A DNA stretch of 27,916 bases from an uncultured Vampirovibrionales bacterium (lineage in GTDB: Bacteria; Cyanobacteriota; Vampirovibrionia; Vampirovibrionales; Vampirovibrionaceae). Below, one piece after another: positions 1 through 11,228 of this stretch. A program made the position numbers and the translations under genes. The stretch lies in NCBI GenBank assembly GCA_964654525.1, contig CAZZIY010000002.1, positions 1 to 27,916 on the forward strand, written 5' to 3'. How positions within the stretch are numbered: position 1 is the first letter of the stretch; every line of letters starts with the position of its first letter. The notes under the pieces are model-generated. The model had not been told where the DNA came from and searched no databases. It was given only the letters and a program-made list of their open reading frames with translations.

Positions 1-636
1 CACCCGGGTGGCCCCCAAGGCTTTGCTCACACGGATAGAAAATAGGCCAATCGGCCCGCAGCCAACCACATAGACGGTTTTCCCAGAAACATTTCCTTTG
101 GAAACCGCATGAACCGCATTGCCCAAAGAGTCTAAACAGGCCCCTACTTCAGGTGTGATGGATGCGGGGAGCTTGATGATTTGCCAGCGCGGAATCACCA
201 CATAATTGGCAAAGCAGCCGTTACGATCGATGCCCACAATTTCCACCTTTTCGCAAATATGGAAATTACCGGTCATACATTGCCGGCACGTTCGACAAGG
301 CAGGTGCATTTCCGCTGAGACAAAATCGCCCACTTTGACATTGTCCACATTGCGACCAATGGCTGCGACCACGCCGCAAAACTCGTGTCCGTAAATCAAG
401 GGGGGCTTAATCCGCGAAGCGCTCCATTCATCCCACTGGGTGATGTGTAAATCCGTCCCGCAGATGGATGCCAGAGACACTTGAATCAGCACATCGTCAG
501 GGCCAGGATTGGGGCGTTCCGCTTGAATCAGAGCAAAGCCAGATGCTGCAGTGGGCTTCTGAATGGCCTGCATCGTTTGGGGCAGGCTTTTGGCAAGGGT
601 TGAGCTCGGTGCAGGCATTGGCGGTGTTTCTTTCAT
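1..636 (-). CDS. tdh: L-threonine 3-dehydrogenase (Zn-dependent MDR family), 3' end runs off window
   Basis: Not in ORF track. Manual translation from ATG at 636 gives ...DDVLIQVSLASICGTDLHITQWDEWSASRIKPPLIYGHEFCG...SAEMHLPCRTCRQC...HICEKV...VVGCGPIGL: Zn-binding GHE and Cys cluster, Rossmann GxGxxG, and the WDEW motif typical of Tdh. Alternative in-frame ATGs at 618 and 573. Confidence 0.85.
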   Translation of the reverse strand, partial: MKETPPMPAPSSTLAKSLPQTMQAIQKPTAASGFALIQAERPNPGPDDVLIQVSLASICGTDLHITQWDEWSASRIKPPLIYGHEFCGVVAAIGRNVDNVKVGDFVSAEMHLPCRTCRQCMTGNFHICEKVEIVGIDRNGCFANYVVIPRWQIIKLPASITPEVGACLDSLGNAVHAVSKGNVSGKTVYVVGCGPIGLFSIRVSKALGATRV

Positions 637-651
637 TGCGTGATTAAAATA

Positions 652-1752
652 TTAGACATTAAAGCGAAAATAGACCACATCCCCGTCTTTCATCAGGTAA
701 TCTTTCCCTTCCAGGCGAGTCAGTCCCTTTTCTTTTGAGCCTTTCTCACCCCCGCAAGCAATATAATCATTTAAGGAAGTGACCTCGGCACGAATAAAGC
801 CTTTTTCAAAGTCTGTGTGGATTATTCCGGCACATTGTGGGGCGGTAAATCCGGCTTCAAAGGGCCAAGCGCGAACTTCTTTGACACCAGCCGTAAAATA
901 ATTGACCAGACCCAGGGTTTTAAAGGCCTCTTGAATGAGCTGATCCACCCCAGAGGTTTTTACACCCAAGCTATCGAGATAATCCTGCTTCTCAGCCACT
1001 TCTAATTGGGTGAGTTCGGCTTCGATTTCAGCACAAATCGGAACTAACCCAATGTGATGTTCTTGGCAGTAGTTCTGAAGCATTTGATAGTGTTTGTTCT
1101 GGGTCGGCACCGCCAGATCACTTTCGGATAAATTGGCGGCAAAGAGAACCGGCTTGATCGAGAGCAGCTGTGATTGTTTGAGAATCTTTTGCTCTTCGAG
1201 ACTAAACGAACTGGGTAAAACCCTTTCCCCGTTATCGATTAAAGGCTTGACTTTGGTAAAAACAGCCATCTGCGCCTCAGCGTCTTTGTCTTTTTGCTTG
1301 ACTTGCTTTTGAAGTCGCTCGATGCGCTTGTCTAAAGAAGCACTGTCGGCCAGGCACAGTTCGATATGGATGGTTTCCAAATCCCTCAGCGGGTCCACAC
1401 TGCCGTCGACGTGGGTGATGTTGTCATCTTCAAAGCAACGAACCACTTGAACAATGGCATCCACCTCTCGAATATGGGCCAAAAACTGATTGCCAAGGCC
1501 TTCCCCCTTGCTGGCCCCGCGAACCAAGCCTGCAATATCCACAAATTCAAAAGCAGCAGGTGTTATTTTTTCTGGATTCACCAGTTTAATTAACGCCTCT
1601 AGACGGGCATCTGGAACTTTAACAATTCCCACATTGGGTTCAATGGTACAGAAGGGGTAATTTGCACTTTCGGCCTGATACGACGAGGTGAGTGCATTAA
1701 AGAGTGTTGATTTTCCCACATTGGGGAGTCCAACAATTCCGGCTTTCAACAC
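652..1752 (-). CDS. ychF: Redox-regulated ATPase YchF (Obg family)
   Basis: [50 protein letters not shown]-terminal TGS domain with [14 protein letters not shown]; GTG start. Confidence 0.98.
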   Translation of the reverse strand: MLKAGIVGLPNVGKSTLFNALTSSYQAESANYPFCTIEPNVGIVKVPDARLEALIKLVNPEKITPAAFEFVDIAGLVRGASKGEGLGNQFLAHIREVDAIVQVVRCFEDDNITHVDGSVDPLRDLETIHIELCLADSASLDKRIERLQKQVKQKDKDAEAQMAVFTKVKPLIDNGERVLPSSFSLEEQKILKQSQLLSIKPVLFAANLSESDLAVPTQNKHYQMLQNYCQEHHIGLVPICAEIEAELTQLEVAEKQDYLDSLGVKTSGVDQLIQEAFKTLGLVNYFTAGVKEVRAWPFEAGFTAPQCAGIIHTDFEKGFIRAEVTSLNDYIACGGEKGSKEKGLTRLEGKDYLMKDGDVVYFRFNV

Positions 1753-1861
1753 TGAGTGGGGTTCCTTTGTGTGCCAGAGGCTTGTAAAAAATTGAGCTTG
1801 CTTGGGTTATGATACCCAGAACATATTCAAAAATAAAAAACAAAAAAGACAACCCACGCCA

Positions 1862-2683
1862 ATGATTTCCAGTAACGATCCTGATCACAGTAATGAAAAC
1901 TCCTCAGACTGGTTTCAGCACGGGGATAAACTCGCCTTTATTGGATTGGATCTGGCCCCCAGTGATTCGCTGGAGACAGGCCTTGTCGTTCTTGACCGTA
2001 AACGACAACTGATGCGTATGGACAAGCTGTCTACCGATGACAGTATTATTCAGTATCTAAAATCCTATACACCCCTTAAAAACTGTATTGTGATGATTGA
2101 CGTGCCAAAAAATCTGAATATTCCCGGGAAATGGCGTCAAGAACAGATGAAATATCATCCACTGGTCCTAATGCGAAAACCACTACATTTGCAAGATTGG
2201 ACCAGGCCCTTGCAGCCAGACGAAGATCTTGCAAAACTGCCCTATATTACTTATGAAGACTCACAGTTGATGGTGGATACACCAGAGACACTGGGTGCTT
2301 CAGCGGGCTATGCGGCGCGCTGCTCCGATAGAACATGGGAATTGTACGATCAATTGGTACAGCAAGGCGCCACCGTGGGCTACTTTTTTGGGCATCAAGC
2401 CAAAATGGTGTATGACTTAGAGATACCCTTTCGGACCCGAACCCCGCAAGGCTGCCGCGCGCTTCAGATGGCGATTAAAATGCGTCTAGAGTTGGTGAAT
2501 ATGCCCAATAATCTGGCTCCCAGTTCTGTCTTGGATGCGATGATAGCGGCCTATTTGGCTTTTTCTGTCTACCAGGGCCAAATTGGCAGGGAGTTTGTGA
2601 CAGAACACGATCCGGACGGGCGAATGTTGGTTTCGCCAAAAAGCCGCTTACCCATGTCCAAGCGACGCACCTACCGGCGTTAG
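1862..2683 (+). CDS. DUF429-like protein (predicted RNase H-fold nuclease)
   Basis: FIGLDLA (first strand acidic residue), VMIDVP and LDAMIAAYLA motifs recognised by eye. ORF is open from 1802; ATG at 1862 preferred. Confidence 0.65.
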   Translation: MISSNDPDHSNENSSDWFQHGDKLAFIGLDLAPSDSLETGLVVLDRKRQLMRMDKLSTDDSIIQYLKSYTPLKNCIVMIDVPKNLNIPGKWRQEQMKYHPLVLMRKPLHLQDWTRPLQPDEDLAKLPYITYEDSQLMVDTPETLGASAGYAARCSDRTWELYDQLVQQGATVGYFFGHQAKMVYDLEIPFRTRTPQGCRALQMAIKMRLELVNMPNNLAPSSVLDAMIAAYLAFSVYQGQIGREFVTEHDPDGRMLVSPKSRLPMSKRRTYRR

Positions 2684-2689
2684 ATAACG

Positions 2690-4201
2690 ATGGATTCGAT
2701 TTTTTCATCCAATACATTGCTGTCGCCTACATTGCTGTCGCCGGGTGCAGAAATCGTGTATTTGCTCATCACTATCTTGTTACTGGGGTTTGGCGCCAAG
2801 GCGATTCCCTCTCGACGGGTGTTTTTCTTGATGGCGCTTCCCTTGGTCCTGACGACACTCAGCTTTTCGGTGCCCATGTTGGCCACAGTGGCTATTTTAT
2901 TCAATATGGCCGTGTGCTTTGCTTTGTTGGTGGATGGTTTTTTGGTTTCCGATAGTGTCACTCAGATAGAGCTCAGGCGCAGCGTGGGGGATAAACTTTC
3001 TATCGGTAAGCCCAATACAGTGGTGATTAGCATTGTTAATAACGCCAATGTCCCCGTTCTGGGTGCTGTGAGTGATGCGACCCCAGCCGGTTTTGAGGTG
3101 ATCCCCCCAGAATCAGTGGTGAGACAACAGCGGACCTGGTGGTGGCAACTGTTTTACGCCTGGGTAGACGGAAAAAAGGGTGTGTTGCGTTTTGATGCCC
3201 CGTTTGGGGTCGAACCTCTCTCTCGCTTTCAGATGAGTTATCAAGTGGTCCCCAAAGACCGTGGGGAATATCGATTCAGCCGGACCCATGTCAAACTCAA
3301 AAGTCGCTGGGGCTTGCTCTGGTTTGTTCGTAAACTGGGCCGTCCGGAACGGGTTAACGTTTACCCTGATATTAAGCGCATCGGCGAGCTTCAGATTAAG
3401 TTTTCACGAAGTCTCTCTGTCGGTGAGCTCCGAAAGAAGAGTTTGGGAATGGAAGGCTCACAGTTTGATGGCTTGAGATATTACATGACAGGGGATGATA
3501 GCCGCAAACTTGACTGGCGAGCCTCTGCCCGGGTTGATACCCCGGTGATTCGACAATTCTCGCAAGAGGTTGACCAACCCATTATGGTGTTAATCGACGG
3601 TGGCCGCAAGATGCTGAGCCGTGTGGCTGGGCTCCAAAAGTTTGACTGGGCTCTCAATGCGTCGTTGGCTTTGGCCAATGTCGCATTGGCCAGGAAGGAT
3701 ATGGTTGGCCTGACGGTCTTCTCCAGTCAAATACTGGCACAAGTTCCAATGACTTCGGGCAAACACAAAATGCCACTGATTCTTGAACAGATTTATGATG
3801 TCAAACCGAATCAGGCAGAACCGGATTATGAGCGGGTTTTTCTGAGTGTCTCCAGGCAACTGCGAAGGCGCTCCTTGGTGGTGTTGTTTACCGATTTAAT
3901 CGATCCGGTGGCTTCCCGTGTGTTGGAACGCAGCCTGAGGGCCTTGGGCGGTCGGCACCTGCTGGTGGTTGTTACGATGTCGGATTTGGGGGCATTGGAC
4001 GACTATATCGACCCAATCCCGCAGATGGAGTGGGAGGTATACCGCCAAGCCAGCGCTATGGATTTAGTGGCCCAGCGTGACAAGGGGCTTAAAGATCTTC
4101 AGCGGCACTTGGGCGCCGTGGTGATTGATAGTAGTCCGGAACGACTTGATGAGCAGGTGATTCACGCCTATCTCAGCATGAAGCTCAAGAATAAACTGTA
4201 G
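2690..4201 (+). CDS. DUF58 domain membrane-anchored protein with vWA-like C-terminus
   Basis: N-terminal hydrophobic helices, PKDRGEYRF..VKLKSRWGL, VNVYPD, QFDGLRYYMTGDDSRKLDWRASAR, VLIDGGRKM, RRSLVVLFTDL. Confidence 0.9.
   Translation: MDSIFSSNTLLSPTLLSPGAEIVYLLITILLLGFGAKAIPSRRVFFLMALPLVLTTLSFSVPMLATVAILFNMAVCFALLVDGFLVSDSVTQIELRRSVGDKLSIGKPNTVVISIVNNANVPVLGAVSDATPAGFEVIPPESVVRQQRTWWWQLFYAWVDGKKGVLRFDAPFGVEPLSRFQMSYQVVPKDRGEYRFSRTHVKLKSRWGLLWFVRKLGRPERVNVYPDIKRIGELQIKFSRSLSVGELRKKSLGMEGSQFDGLRYYMTGDDSRKLDWRASARVDTPVIRQFSQEVDQPIMVLIDGGRKMLSRVAGLQKFDWALNASLALANVALARKDMVGLTVFSSQILAQVPMTSGKHKMPLILEQIYDVKPNQAEPDYERVFLSVSRQLRRRSLVVLFTDLIDPVASRVLERSLRALGGRHLLVVVTMSDLGALDDYIDPIPQMEWEVYRQASAMDLVAQRDKGLKDLQRHLGAVVIDSSPERLDEQVIHAYLSMKLKNKL
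2713..2742 (+). repeat. Exact 15-bp tandem duplication (TACATTGCTGTCGCC x2), in frame (TLLSP-TLLSP)
   Basis: Read directly. Confidence 0.95.
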
Positions 4202-4209
4202 TAAAACAG

Positions 4210-4617
4210 TTATTCTTTGCCGCCCATCCAGTTGTCAATCACAAATTCACCGATCACAGGCAGTTGAAATTCACGTCCGGTAAAGGTCATAAACATACCA
4301 AACACCAAAGCGGCAAAGGTAAGTAGGCTAAATATCAAGGATATGGGTGTCATAATCAAGGCCAGTGTGGGGTTGATTGCGCCTAATAAGCCGCCGCCAA
4401 AGCCGAGAGAGAAACTGATGATCGTCATCAATAGGCCAACCACAATGGCCTGGAGTGATTGGAAGGCAACGTATTCAGATTCTTCCCGTTTCATAAAATA
4501 GATCACGACACTGGAGATGGGTAGACCGCAACATAGAATCCAGCCGGCGTAGTTAAGCCCCGCCCATAGCTTCTCATCAGAGGAAACATCGACTTCTTGC
4601 ATCATTGCTTGCACCAT
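4210..4617 (-). CDS. DUF4870/Tic20-like small membrane protein
   Basis: DEKLWAGLNY, three hydrophobic segments, YVAFQSLQAI, GREFQLPVIG pattern. Confidence 0.7.
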   Translation of the reverse strand: MVQAMMQEVDVSSDEKLWAGLNYAGWILCCGLPISSVVIYFMKREESEYVAFQSLQAIVVGLLMTIISFSLGFGGGLLGAINPTLALIMTPISLIFSLLTFAALVFGMFMTFTGREFQLPVIGEFVIDNWMGGKE

Positions 4618-4657
4618 GTCCTTCGAGGTTTACAAAATTCACTCCATCTTACAGTGC

Positions 4658-4716
4658 AAGTCGACCTAAAGGGAAGTCGACCCAATAGATGATTTTTAGA
4701 TAAGGTGATTTTTAGA
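4658..4716. repeat. Two adjacent 16-nt-period duplications (AAGTCGACC x2; TGATTTTTAGA x2)
   Basis: Copies at 4658/4674 and 4690/4706. Confidence 0.85.
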
Positions 4717-4738
4717 CCAGTGGATTTTGACAGCCGGC

Positions 4739-5185
4739 TTACTCTTCAGAATACGTATAGAAAAATTCGGATTCATTTTCGAGATCGCTATCATCCTCGA
4801 GTTCAGCAGTGGCGACCGCCGTATTTTCCAGGGCTTCGGCTTGTTTGCGAATGGACTCTCCACCCGCACTGCGGCCAGATTTTGCCCGATGAAGCAGCTT
4901 GGTTTTGTGCTTGCCAAGGCTTCTTTCGGCTTTTTCAAAAAGTCTATCAATACTGCCGTATAGATCGATCGACGTGGCTTCCAGGCGGATAACGGCCCCG
5001 CTGACGTGAATGGTGACCTCAGCCCGCTGATTTTCTCGAATACTGGGGTTTTTCTCCACGCTCAAGAAAATATGAATTTCCAGAATAAAGTCAAAATGCT
5101 CACGCAGACGGTTAAACTTTTCCGTCACCCGGTCTTTCAGGGCTTTGGTGAGGTCGATATTACGTCCACTGACAATGATTTTCAT
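4739..5185 (-). CDS. hpf: Ribosome hibernation factor HPF/RaiA (S30AE N-domain) with acidic tail
   Basis: MKIIVSGRNIDLTKALKDRVTEK...AEVTI...DLYGSIDRLFEKAERSLGKHKTK; AGGAG upstream of ATG 5185. Confidence 0.9.
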   Translation of the reverse strand: MKIIVSGRNIDLTKALKDRVTEKFNRLREHFDFILEIHIFLSVEKNPSIRENQRAEVTIHVSGAVIRLEATSIDLYGSIDRLFEKAERSLGKHKTKLLHRAKSGRSAGGESIRKQAEALENTAVATAELEDDSDLENESEFFYTYSEE

Positions 5186-5215
5186 CGGTTTACTTTCTCC
5201 TACAAAAACAAGCAC

Positions 5216-6894
<1,679 letters not shown>

Positions 6895-6900
6895 TTAAAA

Positions 6901-7075
6901 TGCCTTTCTGGCTTGCCTTTCTGGCTTGAAGAGAGCATAATCGTGTCCATTCTATTTAGGGTGATGCACAGAGTCAAATGCCACAGAATCCAGTGCATCG
7001 TTATCCAGTGCATCGTTATTAGGTTTAGTTTTTTTCATCGCTAAAATCATGGCTAAAATAATCTATGGCTAAAAT
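6901..7075. repeat. Cluster of short tandem duplications in the divergent S4-gene/gdhA spacer
   Basis: TGCCTTTCTGGCT x2 (6901-6926, exact); ATCCAGTGCATCGTT x2 (6988-7017, exact); (C/T)AT(C/G)GCTAAAAT x3 (7036, 7048, 7064). Confidence 0.95.
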
Positions 7076-7092
7076 GAGGGAGTACTTTTTTC

Positions 7093-8394
7093 ATGTCTGT
7101 CAAACTCAGCACCGAAGGATGGAGACACCACTCAATGTACGAGTATAACGATGAGAGTTTTATGATCGCCCAACGGCAACTCGATGAGGTGGCCCGCCGG
7201 ATGAATCTCGATTCCGGGATTCATGAAAGGCTTCGCTACCCCAGAAAGTCCTTGATCGTTTCTGTCCCGATTAAACTCGACAACGGGCAGACCAAAACTT
7301 TTATGGGCTACCGTGTTCAGCACGATCAAACACTCGGGCCAACAAAAGGTGGGATTCGCTTCCATCACAGCGTCAACCTTGGGGAAGTTTCGGCACTGGC
7401 GATGTGGATGACCTGGAAATGCTCGCTGTTGAACCTGCCTTACGGCGGAGCCAAGGGCGGTGTGTGCTGTTTTCCTGAGGAAATGAGCCAAGGGGAAATG
7501 GAACGGCTGGCCCGGCGTTATACCACCGAAATTTTATCGATTATTGGCCCGGAAAAAGATATTCCGGCCCCAGACATGTACACCAATGAGCAGACCATGG
7601 CCTGGATTATGGACACTTACAGTAACTTTGTGGGCTTTGCGGTGCCCGGTGTTGTTACCGGTAAACCCGTTAGCGTAGGTGGTACCCAAGGTCGGGTTGA
7701 GGCCACTGGTCGTGGGGTTGCCTATATTGTGAAACGGGCAATAGATAGACAAGTACGGGCCGTTAATCCAGAAACTGCTACAGCTGCTGTGCAAGGCTTT
7801 GGCAATGTCGGCAGCATTACGGCCAAATATCTTCACCAGCAGGGGATTAAGGTGGTCGGTGTTAGTGACGTTCATGGGGCCATTTACAATCCAGCCGGTC
7901 TAGATATTCCCAGCCTGCTGCATTTTGTTCGAGAGCAAGGCTCTGTGGTGGGCTTTGATAATGCCCAAAAGATAGACGGGCACGAAGTGCTTGAGCTGGA
8001 TGTGGATGTGTTGGTTCCTGCCGCATTGGGTAATGTGATTACGGCTAAAAATGCGGATAAAATTCGATGCAAAATTTTAGCAGAAGGCGCAAATGGACCG
8101 GTGAGCCCGGAAGCCGACAGTATTCTGAGGGATAAAGGCGTTTATGTGATCCCGGGTATTTTGGCCAATGCGGGCGGGGTGGTTGTCTCCTATTTTGAGT
8201 GGGTGCAAGACATCCAACACCTCTTTTGGAGCGAGCAAGAAGTGGTGGATAAACTCTACTACCTGATGGGCCGTGCCTTTGATGATGTTTACCACTTGAC
8301 CCAGGAGCAAGACATGGATCCCCGCACTGCGGCCATGGTGTTGGGGGTGGGCCGAGTTGCTGCTGCCAAGGCACTGAGAGGTTTGTACCCTTAA
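7093..8394 (+). CDS. gdhA: Glu/Leu/Phe/Val dehydrogenase, glutamate dehydrogenase type
   Basis: GPTKGGIRFH, KCSLLNLPYGGAKGG, DIPAPD, VTGKP..GG..GR..ATGRG, VQGFGNVG, EGANGP, ANAGGVVVSYFEW. Confidence 0.95.
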   Translation: MSVKLSTEGWRHHSMYEYNDESFMIAQRQLDEVARRMNLDSGIHERLRYPRKSLIVSVPIKLDNGQTKTFMGYRVQHDQTLGPTKGGIRFHHSVNLGEVSALAMWMTWKCSLLNLPYGGAKGGVCCFPEEMSQGEMERLARRYTTEILSIIGPEKDIPAPDMYTNEQTMAWIMDTYSNFVGFAVPGVVTGKPVSVGGTQGRVEATGRGVAYIVKRAIDRQVRAVNPETATAAVQGFGNVGSITAKYLHQQGIKVVGVSDVHGAIYNPAGLDIPSLLHFVREQGSVVGFDNAQKIDGHEVLELDVDVLVPAALGNVITAKNADKIRCKILAEGANGPVSPEADSILRDKGVYVIPGILANAGGVVVSYFEWVQDIQHLFWSEQEVVDKLYYLMGRAFDDVYHLTQEQDMDPRTAAMVLGVGRVAAAKALRGLYP

Positions 8395-8432
8395 AACCTC
8401 GATTTAGCGGTCTCGTTCATTTTTTTAAAAGC

Positions 8433-8468
8433 AAAGAGCCCCTTGCGGCAAGCGGGGGCTCTTTTGTT
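8433..8468 (+). terminator. Intrinsic terminator after gdhA
   Basis: AAAGAGCCCC...GGGGCTCTTT stem followed by T-rich tail. Confidence 0.8.
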
Positions 8469-8502
8469 GCAAAGACGTTACCTTTAAATACCGTAACAGT
8501 AC

Positions 8503-8532
8503 TAGCGATTTTAAAATACTCTTGTGTATAAT
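8503..8532 (+). promoter_or_regulatory. Putative sigma70 promoter for minCDE
   Basis: Perfect TATAAT at 8527-8532; weak -35 (TAGCGA) 18 nt upstream. Confidence 0.45.
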
Positions 8533-8659
8533 GCCTACATTGATTGTTGAATAAACAAATACATGAATACTCTCCACGTCTTTCTATCCTAAATACTGTT
8601 ACCCAGTCGGGACTTAAAAATCACCACCAGCAAATCAACACCATAAGAGGGAGTCGTCA

Positions 8660-9664
8660 TTGATGAATACTGTGTCTAACGCTGTGTCATCCAGTTTAAG
8701 CACGCCCAATTTAAGCACCAATGTAGGTACAATGAGTAGTGAGATAGAGCAAACAGCCGTGTGTACTGTTCAAATCGGCTTGGGTACAGCACCCAATTCT
8801 GCCCAAGCCCTTAAGCTGTTGGAGTTGGCGTTGGAGGGCTTGCCCGCGCCGTCTGGAGGAGTTGTTAAAATTGAGTTGGAGACGGGGAGTCTCTTGATTA
8901 CCCCCAATGTGCTTACCAAAATTCAGTTATTGGTGGAAAAAGCCGGCGCAGAACTTAGCGTGATCTACGCCAGTCTGCCACAAACACAACAGGCAGCGTT
9001 GGATTCTGGTTTTTTTGTCAAAGAAAGCCCTCCGGAAAAGAAGGCACCGGCAATAACCCAAAAGAATCACGCAACGCAACCGGTACAGCTGTTTAATGAG
9101 CGTCGAGGTTCTGTGGATGAACTATTGGGTCGCAGTACAAACAGTTCCCCAATCGTTTCATTACCGGGTGAAAAACCGCCGGCAGAGAAATCGCCGGTAG
9201 AAAAATCGCCAGAAGAAGCCCCAGAAGAAGCCGTAGAAAGGGCCGTCAAAAAGCCCATTGAGAATACAGAGCAGCAGAGCAATCCGCAGCAGGCTGATTC
9301 TCAAACAATACCCACCCTCTACCTCAAGCAAAACATTCGTTCCGGTCGGGTGGTTCGAGCCGAAGGGCATATTTTTATTATCGGAGATGTTCACGAAGGT
9401 AGCGAAATCGTTGCCGGCGGGGATATTACAGTGTGGGGTGAGCTTCGTGGGATTGCTCATGCAGGTTGCCAAGGAGAGTACCACGCTGAAATACGGGCAT
9501 TGCGGATTGAGGCTATTCAACTTCGCATTGCTGAATTCATCGCCCGGCGTCCGGACCGGGTACATTACCACAAGGACGTGAAAGACGCGGATCCCAGTCG
9601 TTTGGGCGAGGTTGCCCGAGTCTCTGACGGCGAGATTCAGGTCTTTCAGGAAGTTACCAATTAG
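8660..9664 (+). CDS. minC: Septum site-determining protein MinC (long linker form)
   Basis: C-terminal domain NIRSGRVV...IIGDVHEGSEIVAGGDITVWGELRGIAHAG...LRIA; precedes minD-minE. Confidence 0.93.
   Translation: MMNTVSNAVSSSLSTPNLSTNVGTMSSEIEQTAVCTVQIGLGTAPNSAQALKLLELALEGLPAPSGGVVKIELETGSLLITPNVLTKIQLLVEKAGAELSVIYASLPQTQQAALDSGFFVKESPPEKKAPAITQKNHATQPVQLFNERRGSVDELLGRSTNSSPIVSLPGEKPPAEKSPVEKSPEEAPEEAVERAVKKPIENTEQQSNPQQADSQTIPTLYLKQNIRSGRVVRAEGHIFIIGDVHEGSEIVAGGDITVWGELRGIAHAGCQGEYHAEIRALRIEAIQLRIAEFIARRPDRVHYHKDVKDADPSRLGEVARVSDGEIQVFQEVTN
9170..9238 (+). repeat. In-frame degenerate repeats in MinC linker: 3x15 nt then 2x12 nt (EKPPA-EKSPV-EKSPE-EAPE-EAVE)
   Basis: Read directly. Confidence 0.85.
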
Positions 9665-9712
9665 TTGTAATCCATTGTTAGTCAAGCAGGAAACAGAGAG
9701 GACAGTCGAACT

Positions 9713-10549
9713 ATGGTTAGTGTAAAAAGTAGCAGCAAGAAGGAGGCCCGTGTGATTGTGGTGACCTCCGGTAAGGGAGGGGTTGGCAAAACCACCACCA
9801 CTGCCAACATTGGGACCGGTCTCGCTCGGATGGGTCACAAAGTGGTCTTGATCGACACTGATATCGGGCTGCGCAACCTTGATATTTTGATGGGGCTGGA
9901 AAACCGCATTGTCTACAACATTGTTGATGTTGTAGAAGAGCGCTGTAAGCTCACCCAAGCCTTGGTTAAAGATAAGCGCTTGCCCAATTTAAGCTTGCTT
10001 CCTGCGGCCCAAACCCGGGATAAATCTGCCCTGTCTGTGGAGCAAATGAAAAAATTGATTGCCCAACTTAAGACAGAAGCTGACTTTATCTTGGTCGATA
10101 GCCCTGCTGGCATTGAGCAAGGGTTTCAAAACGCTATTGCGGCTGCAACAGAGGCCATCGTGGTGTGTACGCCTGAGATGTCTGCGGTACGTGATGCTGA
10201 TCGAATCATTGGTTTGCTGGAAGCAAAGGAAGAGATCACCAACTATAAGCTGGTTCTCAACCGGGTACGCCCTAGCATGATCAAGACCAACGATATGATG
10301 GACATTGATGATGTCTTGGAGATCCTCTCGATCAAACTATTGGGCGTGATTCCAGAAGACAAAGACATTATCGTCAGTACCAACAAGGGCGAGCCCGTGG
10401 TCAACATGGATGAGTCTCTGGCAGGTCAGGCATATCGTAATATTGCCCGTCGCGTCGCAGGCGAAGATGTGCCGTTCTTGAACCTGGATGCCCCTCAGAC
10501 CTTTATGGAAAAAGTGATGGGTCTGTTCAGCCGTTCAAAAACAGCGTGA
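9713..10549 (+). CDS. minD: Septum site-determining ATPase MinD
   Basis: TSGKGGVGKTTT deviant Walker A, DIGLRNLD, DSPAGIEQGF, C-terminal amphipathic helix FMEKVMGLF. Confidence 0.98.
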   Translation: MVSVKSSSKKEARVIVVTSGKGGVGKTTTTANIGTGLARMGHKVVLIDTDIGLRNLDILMGLENRIVYNIVDVVEERCKLTQALVKDKRLPNLSLLPAAQTRDKSALSVEQMKKLIAQLKTEADFILVDSPAGIEQGFQNAIAAATEAIVVCTPEMSAVRDADRIIGLLEAKEEITNYKLVLNRVRPSMIKTNDMMDIDDVLEILSIKLLGVIPEDKDIIVSTNKGEPVVNMDESLAGQAYRNIARRVAGEDVPFLNLDAPQTFMEKVMGLFSRSKTA

Positions 10550-10571
10550 ATGAGAAAAGGAGCTTAAGACC

Positions 10572-10883
10572 ATGAGTTGGTTACGTCGTTTATTTCAAGA
10601 ACTGGCACCTGCACCGATTACCTCAGTGGGGCCTGGTTTCAGCACAAATACGATTGCCACGCCCAAGAATGAGGCCTGCAACCGTCTTAAGTTGGTGCTG
10701 ATGCATGACCGCACCCAGCTCTCAGCTTCCATGATGGAAACGCTGAGAGATGAGCTGGTGGAAGTGATCAGCAAGTACGTGGAAATTGACAAGGATGCCC
10801 TCGAGCTCAATTTAGAGGGTGAGTCCAACACCATTGCCTTGGTGGCCAATATTCCGGTGCTTCGTGCCCGAGCCGCCAGTTAA
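10572..10883 (+). CDS. minE: Cell division topological specificity factor MinE
   Basis: ACNRLKLVLMHDR...LVEVISKYVEID...LVANIPV. Confidence 0.95.
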   Translation: MSWLRRLFQELAPAPITSVGPGFSTNTIATPKNEACNRLKLVLMHDRTQLSASMMETLRDELVEVISKYVEIDKDALELNLEGESNTIALVANIPVLRARAAS

Positions 10884-10923
10884 CATCTGTTTTTCTAGGT
10901 AAATCATCAACCGACTATCCTCT

Positions 10924-10952
10924 GGAAGCCTATTTGGGCTTCCTTTCTTTTT
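10924..10952 (+). terminator. Intrinsic terminator after minE
   Basis: GGAAGCC/GGCTTCC stem followed by TTTCTTTTT. Confidence 0.8.
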
Positions 10953-11228
10953 CTGAAAATTTCGTTTTTATATTCTCTTAAGCTTTTGGCGGGCAATTCA
11001 CCTGTTTTGCATGTTTTTATTTTGACAAGAGAGGTTAATCCCTCTCCCAAAAAAGAAAAAATCGTTATTCTGATGGGGTGTGTGTTTAAGTCATTATCAC
11101 GGGTGTGATGCCTATCAAAATGGTACGTCGTGGTGTTTTTGTCTGAGTTTTTCTCTGAGTAGAGATTTATCAGTAGAGATGAATGAGCTCAGCCGGGTGG
11201 CTGCTGCTCTGGGAGGATTGGAAATAAC

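Noticed and set aside
4696-4950. Overlapping -strand ORF as a frameshifted HPF C-terminal domain
   Set aside because: No S30AE_C-like motif, and not enough room before the DUF4870 gene.
6901-7075. Repeat cluster as a possible CRISPR array or iteron/origin
   Set aside because: Units differ from one another, occur only 2-3 times, have no unique spacers, and no cas or rep gene is nearby.
11022-11050. TTGACA as the -35 of a sigma70 promoter for the orphan ORF
   Set aside because: No plausible -10 hexamer at 16-18 nt spacing (TCCCAA region).
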